A stretch of DNA of 57,730 bases, from the NCBI GenBank assembly GCA_051883395.1, contig JBJETQ010000028.1, positions 1-57,730 of the forward strand, in the 5' to 3' direction. Below, piece after piece: positions 1 to 12,187 of this stretch. The notes below the pieces were generated by a model, which did not search any database, was not told where the DNA came from, and saw only the letters and a program-made list of their open reading frames with translations. The stretch's first letter is position 1. The number at the start of each line of letters is the position of its first letter. This DNA is from Christensenellales bacterium (GTDB lineage: Bacteria; Bacillota; Clostridia; Christensenellales; UBA3700). The position numbers were made by a program, and so were the translations under genes.

Positions 1-20
1 ATTAGGGCTATGCCCGAAAC

Positions 21-46
21 TGAAAAACCACCCGCTATGCGGGTGG
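21..46. terminator. GC-rich stem-loop, candidate bidirectional intrinsic terminator
   Basis: CCACCCGC-TAT-GCGGGTGG (28-46). The A-run at 23-27 gives a U-run for minus-strand transcripts, and ATCTTTATT follows on the plus strand. Confidence 0.5.
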
Positions 47-60
47 ATCTTTATTAACTT

Positions 61-456
61 TTGGCGGCGGATATGCGTCGTTATGCTTTGTCAAACGGCA
101 ATTTTTCTCACTCACGTACGCTAAGTACGCTCGTTTCGATAAAATTGCCGCTTTTCTCGCCTGACTCGCATCTCCACCGCCAAGTCTAAATACGCAGTTG
201 TTTAAAAGTCGGCAACGGATATACTACGCAATACTGTGTCAAAGGCAATTTTTCTTGCTCTCGTATGTATCAGTACGTTCGCTTTGATAAAGTTGCCTTT
301 TCCCTTGTCTTGTTCGTATCTGAGCCGTCATTTGACAGCGTATATGCGACGGTATGCTTTGTCAAGCGGCAATTTTTCTCACTCACGTACGCTTTGTACG
401 CTCCTGTCGCAAAGACACCCAGACTTTGTCTTATCGCTTCTGAGCCGCCAAAATTA
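61..456. repeat. Three tandem degenerate copies of a ~120-150 nt palindromic (REP/MITE-like) element
   Basis: Copies start near 69, 217 and 340. Segments 82-122 and 353-393 are identical except for one base. Copy 1 has outer arms 61-77 / 167-183 and inner arms GGCAATTTT / AAAATTGCC. Confidence 0.7.
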
Positions 457-600
457 ATCTGCAATACTTTTTCATCTGTGCATAAATTTTGCAATTGTAA
501 GGGCAAATAAGACGCCGAGCAATCTCACCGAACAAATCTCTCTGCTTACAGCTTGCAGCGACATTCAGAAGCCTTAGCAGTTTATAATGGGGCAGAGAAC

Positions 601-637
601 AAAAAATAAAGCGGCTTGGAAATTATCCAAGCCGCTT
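601..637 (-). terminator. Intrinsic terminator of hup
   Basis: AAGCGGCTTGG-loop-CCAAGCCGCTT perfect 11-bp stem, followed on the minus strand by a T-run (A-run 601-608). Confidence 0.85.
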
Positions 638-658
638 GTGTCAGGCTGTCAACAAGTC

Positions 659-928
659 TTACAGGCTGTCTTTGAGAGCCTTACCTGCTTTGAAGGAAAC
701 TTTCTTGCCGGCAGGAATTTGGATTGTTTCGCCGGTAGCAGGGTTTTTACCTGTACGTGCTGCGGTTGCTTTAACTTCAAAATTACCGAAACCGGCAATT
801 GCAACCTTTTCGCCCTTAGCGAGTTCTTCTTTGATAGTAGCAAAAACTGCGTCATAGCATTTTGCTGCCATTTCTTGTGTTACACCAGCTTCTGATGCAA
901 CTGCTTTGATAAAATCAACCTTAGTCAT
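659..928 (-). CDS. hup: HU family DNA-binding protein
   Basis: 89 aa. MTKVDFIKAVA...GFGNFEVKATAARTGKNPATGETIQIPA is a typical HU/IHF signature. AAGGAG ribosome-binding site (SD) upstream. Confidence 0.95.
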   Translation of the reverse strand: MTKVDFIKAVASEAGVTQEMAAKCYDAVFATIKEELAKGEKVAIAGFGNFEVKATAARTGKNPATGETIQIPAGKKVSFKAGKALKDSL

Positions 929-946
929 AATTTTCTCCTTATGGGT

Positions 947-1645
947 TTATTTGCTAAGCATCGGTGTATATCCGATACCAGAGCTTCTGATTTGGGTGCC
1001 TACGTAGCCTTGTGAGAGCATATCTCTGTGTTTGTCCATATCTCGGAAAGGCACACAGACTATCGGGCTGGAAAGAGTCTCGATTGGCTTTTCTATACGG
1101 CGGACAAAGTATCCGAAATCATACTCACCGCCCATTGCGTACACTCCCGCAAGGCAAAAGCCCTGAGAAAGCATCGTTCTCATGCTGGCAACGTTTTCCA
1201 GCTGAACGACTGCGCATATCCAACCGATATTTTCCTGGTTTGCAACGTGGCGTATAAATTCCACCATTTGCTTTGCCAGTCCACGTCCCCTGTATCGCTT
1301 GTCTACCATTACCCCTGACATTTCGTATATATAAGGGGGAGATATCCTGCCTGCCGTGCATTGCGATACTACGTCGGCTATTTGTTTGGCATATTGATTG
1401 TCCTTGTCAAGAGCAATAGTTGCAACCAGCTGATTTTTGTCAAATACACCTACAAATCTGCCGTTTTCAACTACTTGTTGCAACTCGTCGTCCATATAAG
1501 GATAAAAGAATTCTATCCTGTCAAGAGCATTGCGCTGTTCGTCCAAAAAACGCTTTGCGCAATCAATATCTTCTATATTTATATAATACATTGTCAAGTC
1601 GGGATTTGTCAATACCCAATTTGAAATTATTTGCATCGCAGACAA
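947..1645 (-). CDS. GNAT family N-acetyltransferase
   Basis: Acetyl-CoA motif A: VDKRYRGRGLAKQMV. The track start at 1645 is TTG, and an in-frame ATG at 1636 (MQIISNW) is an alternative. Only 18 nt upstream of hup. Confidence 0.8.
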   Translation of the reverse strand: MSAMQIISNWVLTNPDLTMYYINIEDIDCAKRFLDEQRNALDRIEFFYPYMDDELQQVVENGRFVGVFDKNQLVATIALDKDNQYAKQIADVVSQCTAGRISPPYIYEMSGVMVDKRYRGRGLAKQMVEFIRHVANQENIGWICAVVQLENVASMRTMLSQGFCLAGVYAMGGEYDFGYFVRRIEKPIETLSSPIVCVPFRDMDKHRDMLSQGYVGTQIRSSGIGYTPMLSK

Positions 1646-1800
1646 TTATTCCTTTCTCAAAATCACGCTTCGTTTGCTTGTTTTATATTATTGTAACACA
1701 AATAATTTTTTTTGCAATACAAATATTTCAAAACCCAGACGCTGTCTTTGTTTGACGGCTATCGGCGTTTTTCTTTCCAAAAAATTACTGTCTGCAAAAC

Positions 1801-1829
1801 TTGCATTTTATAGTGTGGCGTGATATAAT
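1801..1829 (+). promoter_or_regulatory. Sigma-A type promoter for pflB
   Basis: TTGCAT, 17 nt spacer, TATAAT with TGn extension (TGATATAAT). Leaves a leader of about 120 nt. Confidence 0.55.
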
Positions 1830-1957
1830 AAATACAGCTGAATAAAGTCGTTTTGTAACTGACGGATTACATAGATGTCTATGGGGGAGCAAAGCGATTA
1901 TCTGTCGACCGTCTGGGCATTTATGTTCAGACTTTTTTTGTAATCAAGGAGGCAAAA

Positions 1958-4183
1958 ATGGACGCTTGGAATGGCTTTAAGCCAGGCAATTGGAACAAAG
2001 AAATAGACGTCGCAGACTTTATCAGACTCAATTATACGCCTTATGACGGGGACGACAGCTTTCTTCAAGGAGCAACGCAGCGCACAAGGCGACTCAACGA
2101 CAAGGTGAACGAATTGTTTGCCGAAGAACAAAGAAGGGGCGGAGTGTATGACATCGACACTCAGACCGTGTCTTCTATTCTCACCTACAAACCCGGATAT
2201 ATCGACAAAGAGCAGGAGATAATTTTCGGTCTCCAAACCGATGCTCCGCTCAAACGTGCCGTCAATCCGTTTTCGGGCAAAAGAATGGGCGAAAAGGCTT
2301 GTCAGGCGTACGGATACGAGATGTCCGACAAAATCAGAGACGAGTTCAGGTATCGCACCACGCACAATGACGGCGTTTTTCGAGCTTATACCGACACAAT
2401 GCGCAAGGCAAGGCACGTAGGAGTTATTACAGGTCTTCCCGACGCATATTCCCGTGGAAGAATTATAGGCGACTACCGCCGTGTTGCTCTATATGGTATG
2501 GATTATCTGATAGAGCAAAAAAAGAAGGACAGAGAAGAACTGTGGCAAAATCCTATGACCGACGACAATATTCAGATGGTCGAAGACGTAACCAAACAAA
2601 TTGATTTTATGACGCAGCTTATCGAGATGGGCAAGTCCTACGGTTGCGATATATCCCGACCTGCAACCAATGCCGTAGAAGCCGTACAATGGCTGTATTT
2701 TGGTTATCTGGGAGCTGTCAAAGAACAGAACGGCGCAGCAAACTCGATAGGCAGAATAAGCACCTTTCTTGATATATACTTCCAAAGGGACATCGATGCA
2801 GGTCTTATGGACGAGCAGAGAGCGCAGGAAATCATCGATGACTTTGTCATCAAACTCAGGCTTGTACGTCATCTGCGTACGCCTGAATACAATGAACTCT
2901 TTGCAGGGGACCCCGTATGGGTAACCACTTCGGAAGGCGGAATGTGCTTGGACGGCAGACACATGGTTACCAGGACGTCGTTCAGGGTGCTTAACACATT
3001 ATACAATCTCGGACCTAGCGCAGAACCCAACATCACGGTATTGTGGGCGCAAAAATTGCCGCAAGGCTTCAAAGATTTTTGTGCCAAGGTATCTATCGAG
3101 ACAGACAGCATTCAATACGAAAACGACGACGTAATGCGCAAAGATTTCGGCGACGACTATGCTATCGCATGTTGCGTTTCGGCCATGAAAGTAGGCAAAC
3201 AGATGCAATACTTCGGTGCAAGATGCAACCTTGCAAAAGTGTTGCTTATGGCGCTCAACGGCGGCAAAGACGAAATTTACGGCGAACAGATAGGACCCGA
3301 AGGAAAGATATTCGACGAAGGGTTGCTCGATTACGACGAAGTGATAGAAGCGTACAAAAAATACTGCGACTGGATGGCAGGATTGTACGTCAACACTCTC
3401 AACGTCATTCATTATATGCACGACAAATACGCCTACGAAAGGCTTATGATGTCGCTCCATGACACCAAGGTAGAAAGACTTATGGCATTCGGTATTTGCG
3501 GTCTCAGCGTGCTTGCAGACAGTCTGAGCGCCATCAAATATGCCAAGGTCAAAGCTATCAAGGACGACAGGGGACTTATCACCGACTTTGAGACGGAAGG
3601 CGAATTTCCTAAGTACGGCAACGACGACGACAGAGTGGACGATATTGCCAGATGGATTACGGAGTATTTTTATGCTCAGCTTTGCAAGCACCCAACCCAT
3701 CGCAACGCCAAGCACACGCTCTCCATTCTCACCATAACGTCCAACGTCGTATACGGTAAAAAGACAGGCAACACGCCTGACGGAAGAAAGAAGGGCGAGC
3801 CGTTTGCTCCCGGTGCCAATCCTATGCACCAGAGAGATTGTTGCGGTGCGCTTGCCAGCCTTAATTCCGTTGCAAAAATCAATTACGATTGTTGTCAGGA
3901 CGGCATAAGCAATACTTTCAGTTTCACTCCCGCAACGCTCGGCAAGGAGCTTGACGACAGAGTAAAGAAACTAAGCGCCATACTGGACGGATATTTCGCT
4001 CAGAACGCACATCATCTCAACGTCAATGCGCTCAACAGAGAAAAGCTTATCGACGCAATGAACAACCCCGGCAAATACCCTAATCTTACCATAAGAGTCA
4101 GCGGTTACGCCGTCAACTTCAACAAGCTCAGTCAGGAGCAGAAAAAAGAAGTAATTGCAAGAACCTTCCATGAAAAGCTGTGA
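1958..4183 (+). CDS. pflB: Pyruvate formate-lyase (formate C-acetyltransferase), glycyl radical enzyme
   Basis: 741 aa. Active-site CCVSAM, C-terminal glycyl radical motif RVSGYAVNF, and a GGAGG SD. Confidence 0.97.
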   Translation: MDAWNGFKPGNWNKEIDVADFIRLNYTPYDGDDSFLQGATQRTRRLNDKVNELFAEEQRRGGVYDIDTQTVSSILTYKPGYIDKEQEIIFGLQTDAPLKRAVNPFSGKRMGEKACQAYGYEMSDKIRDEFRYRTTHNDGVFRAYTDTMRKARHVGVITGLPDAYSRGRIIGDYRRVALYGMDYLIEQKKKDREELWQNPMTDDNIQMVEDVTKQIDFMTQLIEMGKSYGCDISRPATNAVEAVQWLYFGYLGAVKEQNGAANSIGRISTFLDIYFQRDIDAGLMDEQRAQEIIDDFVIKLRLVRHLRTPEYNELFAGDPVWVTTSEGGMCLDGRHMVTRTSFRVLNTLYNLGPSAEPNITVLWAQKLPQGFKDFCAKVSIETDSIQYENDDVMRKDFGDDYAIACCVSAMKVGKQMQYFGARCNLAKVLLMALNGGKDEIYGEQIGPEGKIFDEGLLDYDEVIEAYKKYCDWMAGLYVNTLNVIHYMHDKYAYERLMMSLHDTKVERLMAFGICGLSVLADSLSAIKYAKVKAIKDDRGLITDFETEGEFPKYGNDDDRVDDIARWITEYFYAQLCKHPTHRNAKHTLSILTITSNVVYGKKTGNTPDGRKKGEPFAPGANPMHQRDCCGALASLNSVAKINYDCCQDGISNTFSFTPATLGKELDDRVKKLSAILDGYFAQNAHHLNVNALNREKLIDAMNNPGKYPNLTIRVSGYAVNFNKLSQEQKKEVIARTFHEKL

Positions 4184-4913
4184 TATAAAAGGAAAAATTC
4201 ATTCTTTGGAGAGTCTGGCAACTCTCGACGGAGACGGCGTAAGATACGGCGTGTTTCTCGTGGGTTGCTCTCTCAGATGCATATATTGCCACAACCCCGA
4301 TACGTGGGCAAATTCGGAGAAATATTCCGAATATACCGCTCAACAGCTGTGCGACAAAATATCTCGCTACAAGCCTTATTTCGGGCAGGACGGCGGCGTA
4401 ACGTTCAGCGGTGGAGAACCTTTACTGCAAGCGCAATTCGTCGCCTGTTGCGGCAAATTGCTCAACGACAACGGCATACAATACGCATTGGACACGTCGG
4501 GTGCCGTACAGCTCAACGACGACGTAAGACAGGCGATAGACGGTGCCGAACTTATTATTCTGGATATCAAGATGCACAATAGCGCAGATTACCGTCGATA
4601 CACTCACGGCAATATGGAACTTGTGCTTGCTTTCGGAGATTATTGCAACTCAATATCCAAAAGAATGTGGCTGCGCACCGTAGTCGTGCCGGGCATCAAC
4701 GATACAAAAGACGATATGGATGCATATCTTGACGTAGCGGCAAGATGGAGCAACGTGGAGAAGTATGAGCTTCTAGGTTTTCATACCATGGGGTTTGACA
4801 AGTACGAAAAACTGGGCATTGACAATCTTTTGCGTTCCACGTCGCCTATGGACGATGAAAAACTTAAATCATTACAGCAATATATAGATAACAAAAGGAG
4901 TAATTATGATTGA
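4170..4913 (+). CDS. pflA: Pyruvate formate-lyase activating enzyme (radical SAM)
   Basis: [40 protein letters not shown] (CxxxCxxC). ATG at 4170 overlaps the pflB stop by 14 nt; the track start at 4155 is TTG. Confidence 0.93.
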   Translation: MKSCDIKGKIHSLESLATLDGDGVRYGVFLVGCSLRCIYCHNPDTWANSEKYSEYTAQQLCDKISRYKPYFGQDGGVTFSGGEPLLQAQFVACCGKLLNDNGIQYALDTSGAVQLNDDVRQAIDGAELIILDIKMHNSADYRRYTHGNMELVLAFGDYCNSISKRMWLRTVVVPGINDTKDDMDAYLDVAARWSNVEKYELLGFHTMGFDKYEKLGIDNLLRSTSPMDDEKLKSLQQYIDNKRSNYD

Positions 4914-5358
4914 CAGAAAACAACTGGCTTATGACTATTTCAAGCAAGGGTACAATTGCGCACAGTCGGTGGTAGCAAGCTTCGAAGACGTGTTGCCGCT
5001 TGACAAAGAAACGCTATTGCAGGTTTCCATCGCTTTTGGCGGTGGCTTTGGCAGGACACGCAATCTTTGCGGAGCGGTCAGCGCTATGGGCATCATTGCA
5101 GGTCTTCTCAGCGCTGACAAAGACGAGATTGCCAAGAGTAAAGGCGACGTCTACAAGATTGTTCAGATACTCGACGAAGAATTCAAAAAGCGCAACGGCA
5201 GCGACAATTGCGCTACGCTTCTCAAAGACGTCAAAAATCTCACGCAGGGTTACGTGCCACAAGTAAGGGACGAAGAATATTATGCCGTAAGACCTTGCAT
5301 AAAATTCGTTTTGGACAGCGTTGATATAATAGAAAATTACCTGTTAAAAACCAATTAA
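4906..5358 (+). CDS. C_GCAxxG_C_C family (putative redox-active) protein
   Basis: 150 aa with the spaced Cys pattern YNCAQSV ... CGAVSAMG ... DNCATLL ... RPCIKF. ATG overlaps the pflA stop by 8 nt. AAAAGGAG SD. Confidence 0.8.
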   Translation: MIDRKQLAYDYFKQGYNCAQSVVASFEDVLPLDKETLLQVSIAFGGGFGRTRNLCGAVSAMGIIAGLLSADKDEIAKSKGDVYKIVQILDEEFKKRNGSDNCATLLKDVKNLTQGYVPQVRDEEYYAVRPCIKFVLDSVDIIENYLLKTN

Positions 5359-5393
5359 AAAAACTAAATATAAGCGTTCTATTACATAGCTTT

Positions 5394-5429
5394 AAGATTG
5401 CGACTTGACGAGTCGCAATCTTTCTTTTA
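5394..5429 (+). terminator. Intrinsic terminator of the pfl operon
   Basis: AAGATTGCGACT-TGACG-AGTCGCAATCTT perfect 12-bp stem followed by TCTTTT. Confidence 0.85.
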
Positions 5430-6024
5430 TCGTTTGTGCTTAAGTCGTCATAAATAACTAACGGCATCTTACCCAAAGTTAAAAAGCCGATACATGTCGC
5501 TAAAAATAGTAGTTGAGACAATACAAAATGTTACGTAAAGCTGTCGTAATGACAAATTTTTGTGAGATTTTATTATTTTTTATGGCAGATATTTACCGTT
5601 CGTATGACTTATGCAGGTATGAATCATATATACATAAATATTCAATTTTATGAATATTATACATACTATGTCTTGCAGAAAACACGTCATCATATTTGCA
5701 GAAAATACGTAGTTTTTTGCGCATGTACGTCATCTTCTTGCATAAGATAAGAATTTTCAGGCACGTTGACAACTTAATATCAAAGACAATTTGTGTCCGT
5801 AATTATCTTCAAAAAGTCGTAATTTTGGCAAAAATTGCACCAAAAAATTTCGCAAAAACCACTAAAATTTTTACAAAAAACAGGTTTTTTTCAATAAAAT
5901 TTGAGTGTTTTATGTCAGATAGTCGGGCGTTATGCTTTTATCTCGATATAGGGCTTATATCTAGAGCAGGTTGTCAAAGACGCCTTTATGTTTGAAATAT
6001 ACATACAAAAAAACATAAATTGCC

Positions 6025-6054
6025 TTGCACGTTACGCTTTATTTTGCGTATAAT
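6025..6054 (+). promoter_or_regulatory. Candidate sigma-A promoter for the GH2 gene
   Basis: TTGCAC, 18 nt spacer, TATAAT. Confidence 0.4.
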
Positions 6055-6060
6055 CAGAGA

Positions 6061-9233
<3,173 letters not shown>

Positions 9234-9404
9234 AACAACGCAAAAAAAGGCAGAAAATCATAAAAAAAGCTCGTTTTTTGGCGCAGAAAATATAATATAG
9301 TAATAAAAATTAAATAATTATTAAAAATTTTAATTTTTATATTGTATTTTATAATTTTATATGATATATTATATTAAACGCATACTTAGTCGGAGGAAGT
9401 AACA

Positions 9405-9626
9405 ATGGCAGAATTTACATACGAAGTAATCAAAAATTACGGACAATTGTCCGAATCCAGCAAAGGTTGGAAGAAAGAAGTCAAACTTATCAGCTGGAAT
9501 GGCAAGGAAGCAAAATACGATATCAGAGAATGGTCTCCCGAAAATGATAAAATGGGTAAGGGTGTAACTTTGAGTGCCGAAGAAATGAAAGAACTCAAAG
9601 AAATGCTCAACAAGATGGATCTGTAA
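9405..9626 (+). CDS. YdbC-like / PC4-fold ssDNA-binding protein
   Basis: 73 aa. KGWKKEVKLISWNGKEAKYDIREWSPENDKMGKGVTLSAEEMKEL matches the bacterial PC4-like (YdbC) pattern. GGAGG SD. Confidence 0.75.
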   Translation: MAEFTYEVIKNYGQLSESSKGWKKEVKLISWNGKEAKYDIREWSPENDKMGKGVTLSAEEMKELKEMLNKMDL

Positions 9627-9650
9627 TCGATTTATCCACGCTATCAGGGC

Positions 9651-9691
9651 GCACCAGGCTTTGCTTCGGGCAGGGTTTGGTGTGCTTTTTA
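9651..9691 (+). terminator. Intrinsic terminator
   Basis: Long imperfect stem GCACCAGGCTTTGC / GCAGGGTTTGGTGTGC with G-U pairs, followed by TTTTT. Confidence 0.65.
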
Positions 9692-9856
9692 TTGCATGTT
9701 ATTACTACTTATCAGTCGCTTTTTGTGAAAACATACTTTTCGTCCGATATTCACTTTATATTCGGACGTGGAACTTATAGGCGTCTGTGTAGATTTAGTT
9801 AGAAAGCAGGAATATTAAGACAGTATCGGATATATCACCGACCTATTGACGTATTA

Positions 9857-9888
9857 TATAAAAAACCTTCCTGACAAAAGGAAGGTTG
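9857..9888 (-). terminator. Intrinsic terminator of the XRE gene
   Basis: AACCTTCC-loop-GGAAGGTT, followed on the minus strand by a T-run (A-run 9858-9864). Confidence 0.75.
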
Positions 9889-9901
9889 ACAATTAAAAAA
9901 C

Positions 9902-10144
9902 TTATTCTACGTCTAAATTTTGATAAAGAAATATATCGTCGTCCAAAAACTCGATAATCGACATCCCAAAGCCGTTGGCAAGTCGCATTACGGTAGAAAG
10001 CGTAACGGTTTTGCTCTTTCCACTCAATATCCATTGCATGTGTCCGTGTTGTATGCCGGATAACTGTTCAAGCCGATATTGAGACATTTTATTTTGTGCC
10101 AGCAGGGCGATAACTCGCTTGGCAACTGCGTCATTTACATTCAC
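9902..10144 (-). CDS. XRE family helix-turn-helix transcriptional regulator
   Basis: 80 aa. NKMSQYRLEQLSGIQHGHMQWILSGKSKTVTLSTVMRLANGFGMS matches the HTH_3 pattern. GTG start with a GGAGA SD. Confidence 0.85.
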   Translation of the reverse strand: MNVNDAVAKRVIALLAQNKMSQYRLEQLSGIQHGHMQWILSGKSKTVTLSTVMRLANGFGMSIIEFLDDDIFLYQNLDVE

Positions 10145-10165
10145 TATTTATCTCCAAAATCAATT

Positions 10166-10286
10166 ACGGAAGAATACTTACATAGTCATTATATACTTTT
10201 GAAATAAAAATATAAGAATGTATACTTCCATAACGATTGCTATACTTCTGTTGTTGTGTTAAAATAAGGAAGTATACTTACATATA
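10166..10286. promoter_or_regulatory. Divergent promoter/operator region with repeated GGAAGTATACTT(A/C)C-type sites
   Basis: GGAAGAATACTTACATA at 10168-10184 and GGAAGTATACTTACATA at 10268-10284. TATACTT also occurs at 10192, 10221 and 10241. AAGTATACTT is a perfect palindrome. Confidence 0.5.
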
Positions 10287-10298
10287 GGGAGAGCAAAA

Positions 10299-10742
10299 AT
10301 GATAATAACATTTTGCGGACATGCAGATTATTTGCCTGGATTGAACGATAAAATCAAAATGATAGAATTAATCAACGAAATATCGAAAGGGGAGACTGTT
10401 GAATTTTATCTTGGCGGATATGGTGGCTTTGATAGATTTGCTATGAAATGCGCAAAAATATATCAGGAAACAAATCAAGAAGCCAAACTGATACTTGTTG
10501 TACCTTATATTTATAAAAGCCACACATATTACCGCAACAAAGGATATTATGATGCAACCATTTATCCTGAAATAGAAAACGTGCCGTTAAAATGGGCTAT
10601 TGTAAAGCGAAATCAATGGATGGTTGACAGAGCTGACGTTGTCATAGCATACGTAGAGCATAGCCTGGGCGGAGCATATAAAACGTACTCCTACGCTATC
10701 AAAAAAAGAAAGCTTATTTATAATTTTTGTCTATATCGTTAA
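10299..10742 (+). CDS. SLOG-fold protein (DUF1273/YpsA-like)
   Basis: 147 aa. ITFCGHAD ... FYLGGYGGFDRFA ... VKRNQWMVDRADVVIAYVEHSLGGAYKTYSYA follows the small SLOG/DUF1273 pattern recalled from Firmicute mobile elements. GGGAGAG SD. Confidence 0.65.
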   Translation: MIITFCGHADYLPGLNDKIKMIELINEISKGETVEFYLGGYGGFDRFAMKCAKIYQETNQEAKLILVVPYIYKSHTYYRNKGYYDATIYPEIENVPLKWAIVKRNQWMVDRADVVIAYVEHSLGGAYKTYSYAIKKRKLIYNFCLYR

Positions 10743-10817
10743 ACGACAAGCGGCGTCTGACGCCAAGCAAAACAGTCAAAGTCGTAACCGTAGCGTTGCC
10801 GATATGCTCGTATATAT

Positions 10818-10846
10818 TTGACAATGCGGCTGCGTTTATTTATAAT
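10818..10846 (+). promoter_or_regulatory. Sigma-A promoter for the EIIC-like gene
   Basis: TTGACA, 17 nt spacer, TATAAT. Confidence 0.65.
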
Positions 10847-10876
10847 GTAAAAAGTATAAAATTTGGGAGGACGACT

Positions 10877-12112
10877 ATGGACGAGAGTCAAGACAAGTCA
10901 ATTGTTGACAAGAGTATTCAACAACCTGCCCAAGTGGAAGTAGTAGATTCAACCCCACAACAACCTATGCCCGACAAAAAGACCGGTGCTAGGGCAATTG
11001 TCAAAAAATTGTGCAAGAGATGGTTTATCGACGCATTCAGCGGTATGGCGCAAGGATTGTTCGTTACGCTGATTGCAGGCACGATTTTTACTCAGATAGG
11101 CAAACTCATTGGCGTTGACAACGGGTTTGGCGCAGTATTGGTGCTGATAGGCTCTATGGCAAGCACGATGATGGGCGCAGGTATCGGTGTAGGAATAGCA
11201 AGGTATCTCAAAGCGTCAAATCTGGTGATGTTTGCTTGCGCCGCAGCAGGTTTTATCGGGGCGTTTCTGCCCGACGCAGCTTATAAGATTGCAGTAAGCG
11301 AACAGGGCTTTTCTCTTATGGCGGTGGCGCAGTCGTTGACCAGCGTAAAACTGGGAGCGCCCGGTAATCCGATAGGAGCATACGTTGCTTCTTTGGTGGC
11401 TATGGAGATTGTTTCGCTGTATGCAGGCAAGACCAAACTGGACATTTTGCTTGTACCTTTGGGAGTGCTTGCGCTGGCTTTTGTAACGATGTTTGTAGCT
11501 ATTCCTGCGATTTGGCTTATTGCAATGATAGGCAAGTTTGTAGAAGTTGCTACGGGAGCGGCACCTTTTGTAATGGGTATAGTGATTGCCGTCGTTATGG
11601 GCGTGCTTTTGACAATGCCGACGTCGAGTGCGGCGATATGGATAGCTTTGGCGTCAGGAAACACGTCGGATACAATGTTGCTTGCAGGCGGCGCAGCCGT
11701 GGTTGGTTGTGCCTGTCAGATGATAGGCTTTGCCGTTGCAAGTTTCAGAGAAAACAAAGTGTCGGGGCTTATATCGCAAGGACTGGGTACGTCTATGTTG
11801 CAAATTCCTAACATAATGCGCAACCCGAGAATATTTATTCCACCGATAGTCGCCAGCATAATCTGCGGACCTATGGCAACCTGTCTGTTTGAGTTGAGAT
11901 GCAACGCAAGCGGCGGCGGAATGGGAACCAGCGGACTTGTGGGCGTATTTGGCGTGATAGACGCAAGCAGCGGAGTGATTGCGCCTTGGAAGATGTGGCT
12001 GGGCATAATTTTGTTGATGTTTGTTCTGCCTGCTCTCATCAGCTGGGGAATGAGCGAATTGTTGCGCAAGGTCGGCTGGATAAAGTACGGCGATATGAAA
12101 CTGGACGCATGA
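10877..12112 (+). CDS. PTS EIIC-like permease (PTS_EIIC_2 type), orphan
   Basis: Start MDESQDK with a GGGAGG SD. KRWFIDAFSGMAQGLFVTLIAG followed by about 10 hydrophobic segments. The track start at 10727 overlaps the previous gene and the promoter. Confidence 0.7.
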   Translation: MDESQDKSIVDKSIQQPAQVEVVDSTPQQPMPDKKTGARAIVKKLCKRWFIDAFSGMAQGLFVTLIAGTIFTQIGKLIGVDNGFGAVLVLIGSMASTMMGAGIGVGIARYLKASNLVMFACAAAGFIGAFLPDAAYKIAVSEQGFSLMAVAQSLTSVKLGAPGNPIGAYVASLVAMEIVSLYAGKTKLDILLVPLGVLALAFVTMFVAIPAIWLIAMIGKFVEVATGAAPFVMGIVIAVVMGVLLTMPTSSAAIWIALASGNTSDTMLLAGGAAVVGCACQMIGFAVASFRENKVSGLISQGLGTSMLQIPNIMRNPRIFIPPIVASIICGPMATCLFELRCNASGGGMGTSGLVGVFGVIDASSGVIAPWKMWLGIILLMFVLPALISWGMSELLRKVGWIKYGDMKLDA

Positions 12113-12145
12113 GCATAAATGCGTGCGCATAAATATAAAACGACT

Positions 12146-12169
12146 TTAAGTGGCAAATTTTGCCACTTA
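12146..12169. other. Perfect 24-nt palindrome/hairpin between the EIIC-like gene and pepF
   Basis: TTAAGTGGCAAA|TTTGCCACTTAA, with no T-run on the plus strand. Confidence 0.4.
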
Positions 12170-12187
12170 AAAAATATGGGAGATAAT

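Noticed and set aside
236-510. ORFs 236-457, 265-510 (+) and 270-506 (-).
   Set aside because: They run through the three palindromic repeat units, have no SD and resemble no family. The region is better explained as non-coding repeats.
5562-5995. ORFs 5562-5750 and 5696-5995 in the AT-rich spacer, and ORF 5240-5521 (-).
   Set aside because: Low-complexity translations with no ribosome-binding sites. The minus-strand ORF overlaps the 3' end of the C_GCAxxG_C_C gene and its terminator.
9632-9640. TTATCCACG, an 8/9 match to the DnaA box TTATCCACA.
   Set aside because: It is a single isolated box between two convergent terminators, with no cluster and no adjacent AT-rich unwinding element. It is not an origin.
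9741-9768. The CGTCCGA...TCGGACG hairpin between the ydbC-like and XRE terminators, considered as a possible sRNA or terminator.
   Set aside because: Only a 7-bp stem, no U-run on either strand, and no promoter-like element nearby. The evidence is insufficient.
10727-10876. Upstream extensions of several track ORFs: 10727 (EIIC), 12119 (pepF), 6108 (lacZ), 15783 (yqfC), 30433 (uxuA), 34166 (dinB), 36004 (ABC), 40839 (ctsR), 46650 and 51608 (lipoproteins).
   Set aside because: In each case the extension crosses a promoter, a terminator or the preceding gene. An internal ATG with a proper SD, or a family-typical N-terminus, gives a better start.
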